Part shown: one piece after another, positions 59,923 through 64,000 of the stretch
How positions within the stretch are numbered: the first letter of the stretch is position 1
Layout of the letters: every line of letters begins with the position of its first letter
Source of the DNA: Chlamydiota bacterium
GTDB lineage: Bacteria; Chlamydiota; Chlamydiia; Chlamydiales; RGXB01
Length of the DNA stretch: 64,000 nucleotides
Assembly (NCBI GenBank): GCA_947494155.1
Contig: CANLTW010000003.1
Location: 1 to 64,000, forward strand
Direction: 5' to 3'
Notes under the pieces: generated by a model
Seen by the model: only the letters and a program-made list of their open reading frames with translations
Databases searched by the model: none
Told to the model about the DNA's origin: nothing
Position numbers and translations under genes: made by a program

Positions 59923-60576
59923 TTAAACTATTGTTTTTTTTAGGTTTTTCTTTTGAGAATAGATGAAATAATCGGAAAAAATTTCTGATAAACTCCAAGC
60001 CAATCTTACAAAACGGTTTTCTACACGCTCTTTCAAACAGATCTTTAGAATGTTCATCACACTTACTGCGCTTTTATATAGATGGATGCGCTTCCAGCCA
60101 AGGACAGACGGATTGTCTGTTTTTGGGCTCTTGAAGGAGACTTCGGCTTTGTGAACTAGCGAGGCGGTCTCTGCAAAAAGATCTATTGTTTTTGCTGTAG
60201 TATCACTAGGAGACCAGCTCATCAGATCCAAATCATTTGCCAACGCAACAACGCTGACAGCGCGCCCTAAAACAGATGCAATTCGTTTAAAAATAGTTGT
60301 AGAGGCCGATTGTTTAGAGAATTTTTTTATCTCCTGAAATGAAGACTGGGTAGTTAGCTTCACTTTTTCGGTCGTTTTGGGAAAGAGCAAACGGTTTACA
60401 GCCTTTCTAAAACCCTTTAGGGCCTCAAAGTTTAAAATGTTGCCAATACAACGAGAAATCTTGTGATCTTGGTTTGGATATTTAAAAGAAATTACCGCAT
60501 CGGCGAACGAGCATATGGGGTATGAACCAGAAAATACATATTTATCAAATTTTGCTAATTGAAGCATGTCAAGCAC
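59923..60576 (-). CDS. Hypothetical amphipathic protein (array member 1)
   Basis: 217-aa ORF of similar size and helical pattern to its neighbours. Confidence 0.6.
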   Translation of the reverse strand: MLDMLQLAKFDKYVFSGSYPICSFADAVISFKYPNQDHKISRCIGNILNFEALKGFRKAVNRLLFPKTTEKVKLTTQSSFQEIKKFSKQSASTTIFKRIASVLGRAVSVVALANDLDLMSWSPSDTTAKTIDLFAETASLVHKAEVSFKSPKTDNPSVLGWKRIHLYKSAVSVMNILKICLKERVENRFVRLAWSLSEIFSDYFIYSQKKNLKKTIV

Positions 60577-60647
60577 CTTTTATAATAAAAAGGTATAACT
60601 GGTTCAAAAAATATTGTAAATACGAACTCTTTATTTTAATTAATATT

Positions 60648-61559
60648 TTAATTTATTTTGTTCGTGTGCCCATTTAAAAACTCTTTAATTTGCATTCTCT
60701 TTTTTCCTGGAAGCTGCACCTCAAGAAGCTCCAAAGATCCATTTTCTGCTTTTAATAAAAGTTTCCCATCACGTATTTCTACATTTTTAGAAATCTCTAC
60801 AGGCGAGGCCTGAGCTTTAAAGATTTTTAATATTTCTTGATTAGGGAGAACTATCTTGACTCCGCCATAGGATACAAGCCCCCTCACTTTTAAAAGCATT
60901 TTTTCTTTAGTCCCAAAGTGGAGGTCTAGCTCCTCTTTTGAAATTTTTGGAGCATAAGTTGCAAGCGAATGCTCTTGCTCGTTTAGAAGAGCTGTGCGCG
61001 ATGCGATTTGTTTGAGGACCTCGTCAAGCGCCTCTTTGGAGAGAATTGCAAGATTTTCTTTTAAAGCGGCGGCATCCATCTCCGGATGAATCGGGATTTT
61101 TTTTATAAGATAGACTGGTCCGGTGTCCATCCCGATATCCATTTTCATCACACTGATACCTGTTTCTGTCTCTCCTGCTAAAATAGCCCGTTCGATTGGG
61201 GCAGCTCCCCTGTAGTAGGGGAGAATGGAGGTGTGAAGATTGATTGGACCAAGCTTAGGAATGTCCAGTAGGTTTTTTCGCAAGATGTGCCCATACGCGA
61301 AAACCACAAAAAGATCGGGATTCAATGACTGCATCGCTGCAACAAAGCTATCTTCTTTTGGGCTTACCGGATCGTAGACATGAACTCCCAACTCCAAAGC
61401 CCGTTTTTTTACTGCAGTCATCGTTAAGCTGCCCCCTCTTTCTCTGGGTTTGTCGGGCATGGTAACTACAGCGACTAGGTCGTGGTGTTTATGAACATAT
61501 TCCAATGTGGGCAGTGCGATATCAGCAGTGGCAAATAATACGATTTTAAACATACCCAT
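60648..61559 (-). CDS. fmt: Methionyl-tRNA formyltransferase
   Basis: VVTMPDKP, INLHTSILPYYRGAAPI and MDTGP. Confidence 0.95.
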   Translation of the reverse strand: MGMFKIVLFATADIALPTLEYVHKHHDLVAVVTMPDKPRERGGSLTMTAVKKRALELGVHVYDPVSPKEDSFVAAMQSLNPDLFVVFAYGHILRKNLLDIPKLGPINLHTSILPYYRGAAPIERAILAGETETGISVMKMDIGMDTGPVYLIKKIPIHPEMDAAALKENLAILSKEALDEVLKQIASRTALLNEQEHSLATYAPKISKEELDLHFGTKEKMLLKVRGLVSYGGVKIVLPNQEILKIFKAQASPVEISKNVEIRDGKLLLKAENGSLELLEVQLPGKKRMQIKEFLNGHTNKIN

Positions 61560-61626
61560 TTAGGGTAAATTATGTGCAGATATAGGAGCAAGATAGAATC
61601 TTACCTTAAAAAAGGGTTTGTCGAAT

Positions 61627-62442
61627 CTAGCAGGGCGCTGGCTCTAGTTGTGCGGCCCGTTTATACCCAGCGTACCCCCGCTTAGTTTGAGCGGAAAAAA
61701 ATTCTACCCACAGTCTTACATCCTCATCCTCTAGAGAAAATTCTCTAGTGATATTCTGAATTGCAGCTTCCAAGGAGAGGTCTGTGCGGTAGATCCACTT
61801 AAAAAGCTTTCCTAGTTTGACTGTTCTTTCCAGGTCAAACTCCCTGCGTCTCAACCCTACCAGGTTAATACCGCCAACTTTGAAGTCGGAACCACCCCCA
61901 ATCAGGAATGGGCCTAAATCCCCATCGAGCCTCGACATGCCTCCACACATCGCGTGAGCACCAATGCGGGTAAATTGATGTACAGGAGTGAATCCACCAA
62001 CAATAGCATAATTCCCCACGTCTACATGACCTGCCAAAGAGACGTTGTTGGATAAAATAACATTATTTCCCAGTGTGCAGTTGTGAGCGACGTGAACATA
62101 CGCCATCAAAAGGCAGTTGTCTCCGATACGCACAGCAGTCCCCTCGCCGCAGGAGCTATTTACAGTAACGCATTCCCTTATTTCACAATTCTTTCCTATG
62201 AAAACAAAGGTTTTTTCCCCTTTATATTTGAGATCCTGGGGTTTGGCGCCGATGCTGGCAAATTGAAAAACTACTGTCCCCTGACCAATAGTTGTGTGCC
62301 CCTCCACGACCACGTGAGATCGAAGGACAACACCCTCTTTAAGGTGGACATCTGGGCCAACAATAGAGTACGGGCCAATTTCTACCCCCTCTGCAATCTT
62401 TGCGTCTGGGTGAACGACGGCTGTTGGATGAATGGTTGCCAT
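61627..62442 (-). CDS. lpxA: UDP-N-acetylglucosamine O-acyltransferase
   Basis: IHPTAVV, hexapeptide repeats, PQDLKY, HVAHNC and VHQF. Confidence 0.96.
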   Translation of the reverse strand: MATIHPTAVVHPDAKIAEGVEIGPYSIVGPDVHLKEGVVLRSHVVVEGHTTIGQGTVVFQFASIGAKPQDLKYKGEKTFVFIGKNCEIRECVTVNSSCGEGTAVRIGDNCLLMAYVHVAHNCTLGNNVILSNNVSLAGHVDVGNYAIVGGFTPVHQFTRIGAHAMCGGMSRLDGDLGPFLIGGGSDFKVGGINLVGLRRREFDLERTVKLGKLFKWIYRTDLSLEAAIQNITREFSLEDEDVRLWVEFFSAQTKRGYAGYKRAAQLEPAPC

Positions 62443-62453
62443 TATAGCCCTTT

Positions 62454-62957
62454 TTAAATGTGGTTATCTTTATGTGATTGCGTCCGAAATTCGGGATGGA
62501 TGCCAAAGCTAATCCCTGCATCGACAACTACTTCGTTATTTACAAAAGCCTTAGCTTCACACTTCCCCCCCCTTTGAGACAAAAATGTAGCTTGCACCTC
62601 AATCATCAACACATCGCCTGGCGTGACGGGGCGCCGAAAACGGGCATCATAGACACTCATCAGCACTTTCAACCCCTTTATCCCCTTTTTGTGCATCAAA
62701 ATACCACCTACCTGAGCCATCGCCTCAATGATGAGTACTCCTGGCATGATCGGCTTGCTGGGGAAGTGTCCAGTAAAAAACTGCTCATTGATCGTCACAT
62801 TTTTTTGACCTATGATGCGATTGTTTTCGAGATCAATATCCAAAATACGATCTACGAGTAAAAAAGGATAGGAGTGGGGCAAAATACGGATGATCTCATC
62901 AATATCTATTGCGTGTGTGCCCACTCCTGAACTAATTGTGGAGTTTGATGTACCCAT
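62454..62957 (-). CDS. fabZ: 3-hydroxyacyl-ACP dehydratase
   Basis: LPHSYPFLLVD and GHFP..PIMPGVLIIEAMAQ. Confidence 0.96.
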   Translation of the reverse strand: MGTSNSTISSGVGTHAIDIDEIIRILPHSYPFLLVDRILDIDLENNRIIGQKNVTINEQFFTGHFPSKPIMPGVLIIEAMAQVGGILMHKKGIKGLKVLMSVYDARFRRPVTPGDVLMIEVQATFLSQRGGKCEAKAFVNNEVVVDAGISFGIHPEFRTQSHKDNHI

Positions 62958-63829
62958 TCTAAAACTTTTTCTTCTATCAGTTGTGCCAGTTTCGTTGTTT
63001 GTGTGTGACCCGATTTATCACCATGGTAGTGGGCTATTACGTCGTACCCTATAAGACATAAATCACCAATCATATCCAGAGCCTTATGACGGGCCATCTC
63101 GTTGGAAAATCTCAACCCACCCTCGTTGATCACTCTGCCCTCTTTGACAATAATCCCGTTCTCCAGGCTCCCCCCTTTGATGAAACCTTTCTCCAATAAG
63201 GGTTGGATCTCGTCATAGCTACTGAAAGTACGACAACCACAGACCTGCTTAGTGTATCTCTCCTGATTGAATCTGATCAGGTACTCTTGATGCTCAAGTA
63301 CTCCCGTAGCATCATAGTGTAAAAGATAGGAAAAAGTTAAATCCTCACACGGTGTAGCGCGCACAGTTGTCCCATTAGAGACAACCTCAATCGGTTCCAA
63401 AATTTTGAATATGGGCTTTTGGGCTGCTAAAGAGACCGTTTTTGCCTCAATAAAGGAGCGTACAAACTGTTGAGAGCTACCGTCAAAAATCGGGACTTCC
63501 GGACCATCTATCTCGACAATAAGATTGTCAATTCCTAAACCGTAAATAGCCGAAAGTAGATGTTCTACCAACTGCACAGTGATCCCGTTTTCCCCAATTA
63601 CTGTGCATCTGGGGGTGGAGACTACAGAGGAGGCCCTTGCTTTGATGCAGGGTTTGTCTAATAAATCCACACGTCTGAAAATGATTCCCGTGTCTGGGAG
63701 GGCAGGTAAAAATCTGCACCGGACAATTTTTCCCGTAAAGAGGGCCACGCCAGTGAGCTCAAATACGTTTAGAATTGTTGTTTGTGGTCTTGAACCGACC
63801 TGTTTTACAATCGAGCTTTGGTCTCGCAA
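62906..63829 (-). CDS. lpxC: UDP-3-O-acyl-GlcNAc deacetylase
   Basis: VEHLLSA, EVPIFDGS, RTF and HKALDMIGDL. Confidence 0.96.
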   Translation of the reverse strand: MRDQSSIVKQVGSRPQTTILNVFELTGVALFTGKIVRCRFLPALPDTGIIFRRVDLLDKPCIKARASSVVSTPRCTVIGENGITVQLVEHLLSAIYGLGIDNLIVEIDGPEVPIFDGSSQQFVRSFIEAKTVSLAAQKPIFKILEPIEVVSNGTTVRATPCEDLTFSYLLHYDATGVLEHQEYLIRFNQERYTKQVCGCRTFSSYDEIQPLLEKGFIKGGSLENGIIVKEGRVINEGGLRFSNEMARHKALDMIGDLCLIGYDVIAHYHGDKSGHTQTTKLAQLIEEKVLEWVHQTPQLVQEWAHTQ

Positions 63830-63913
63830 GATGTCACCTTCTTACAACGAAATACTAAACTCAGCCGAAAAATTCGGCCTTTTTCAAGAATTTACCCTTG
63901 AATCTCTTTTTGT

Positions 63914-64000
63914 TCAATCTCTTCTTGGTCTCATCCTGTAGTTTTTTTCGAATTTTTCCCGAAATCCCCAGATAAATAATAAAAAAGCGATAAAAACGAA
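63914..64000 (-). CDS. C-terminal end of a membrane protein cut by the window edge, probably apolipoprotein N-acyltransferase (lnt)
   Basis: Reads FVFIAFLLFIWGFREKFEKNYRMRPRRD*. lnt precedes lpxC in Chlamydia, so the call rests on synteny only. Confidence 0.4.
   Translation of the reverse strand, partial: FVFIAFLLFIWGFREKFEKNYRMRPRRD

Noticed and set aside
22528..63941. Numerous 60-190-aa ORFs antisense or out of frame to housekeeping genes
   Set aside because: Almost entirely nested in well-supported genes and lacking recognisable motifs.

Overview
This is a chromosomal segment of a Chlamydiota bacterium, most likely an environmental, non-Chlamydiaceae lineage. The assignment is inferred from protein motifs and from gene order matching known chlamydial blocks. 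About 2.5-19 kb holds the chlamydial type III secretion cluster (scc4, cdsD, cdsE, cdsF, cdsG, CT668-like, cdsN, cdsO, cdsP, cdsQ, pkn5, cdsC), which is visibly remodelled. The secretin is 1482 aa with a recently triplicated 477-bp unit, the CdsP ruler has a 96-bp tandem repeat, a second stand-alone CdsP-like domain is present, and a beta-carbonic anhydrase and a lipoprotein-type HAD hydrolase are inserted. A divergent four-gene operon (98-2398) ends in a protein with EspA/SseB/DUF720-like termini. The rest is mostly housekeeping: yidD, der, SNF2 helicase, dapF-clpP-glyA, cdsZ-rnpB, xerC, ABC-F, trmH, rnz, rhomboid, lon, tsaB-rpsU-dnaJ, tRNA-Leu, grgA-gap, the rplC-to-rplQ ribosomal superoperon and fmt-lpxA-fabZ-lpxC. 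The exception is four tandem, apparently related amphipathic orphan genes at the position of cap1/CT529, which by eye resemble the peroxin PEX11. No CRISPR array, transposase or prophage was seen. All homology calls come from motif recognition and synteny; no database searches were run.
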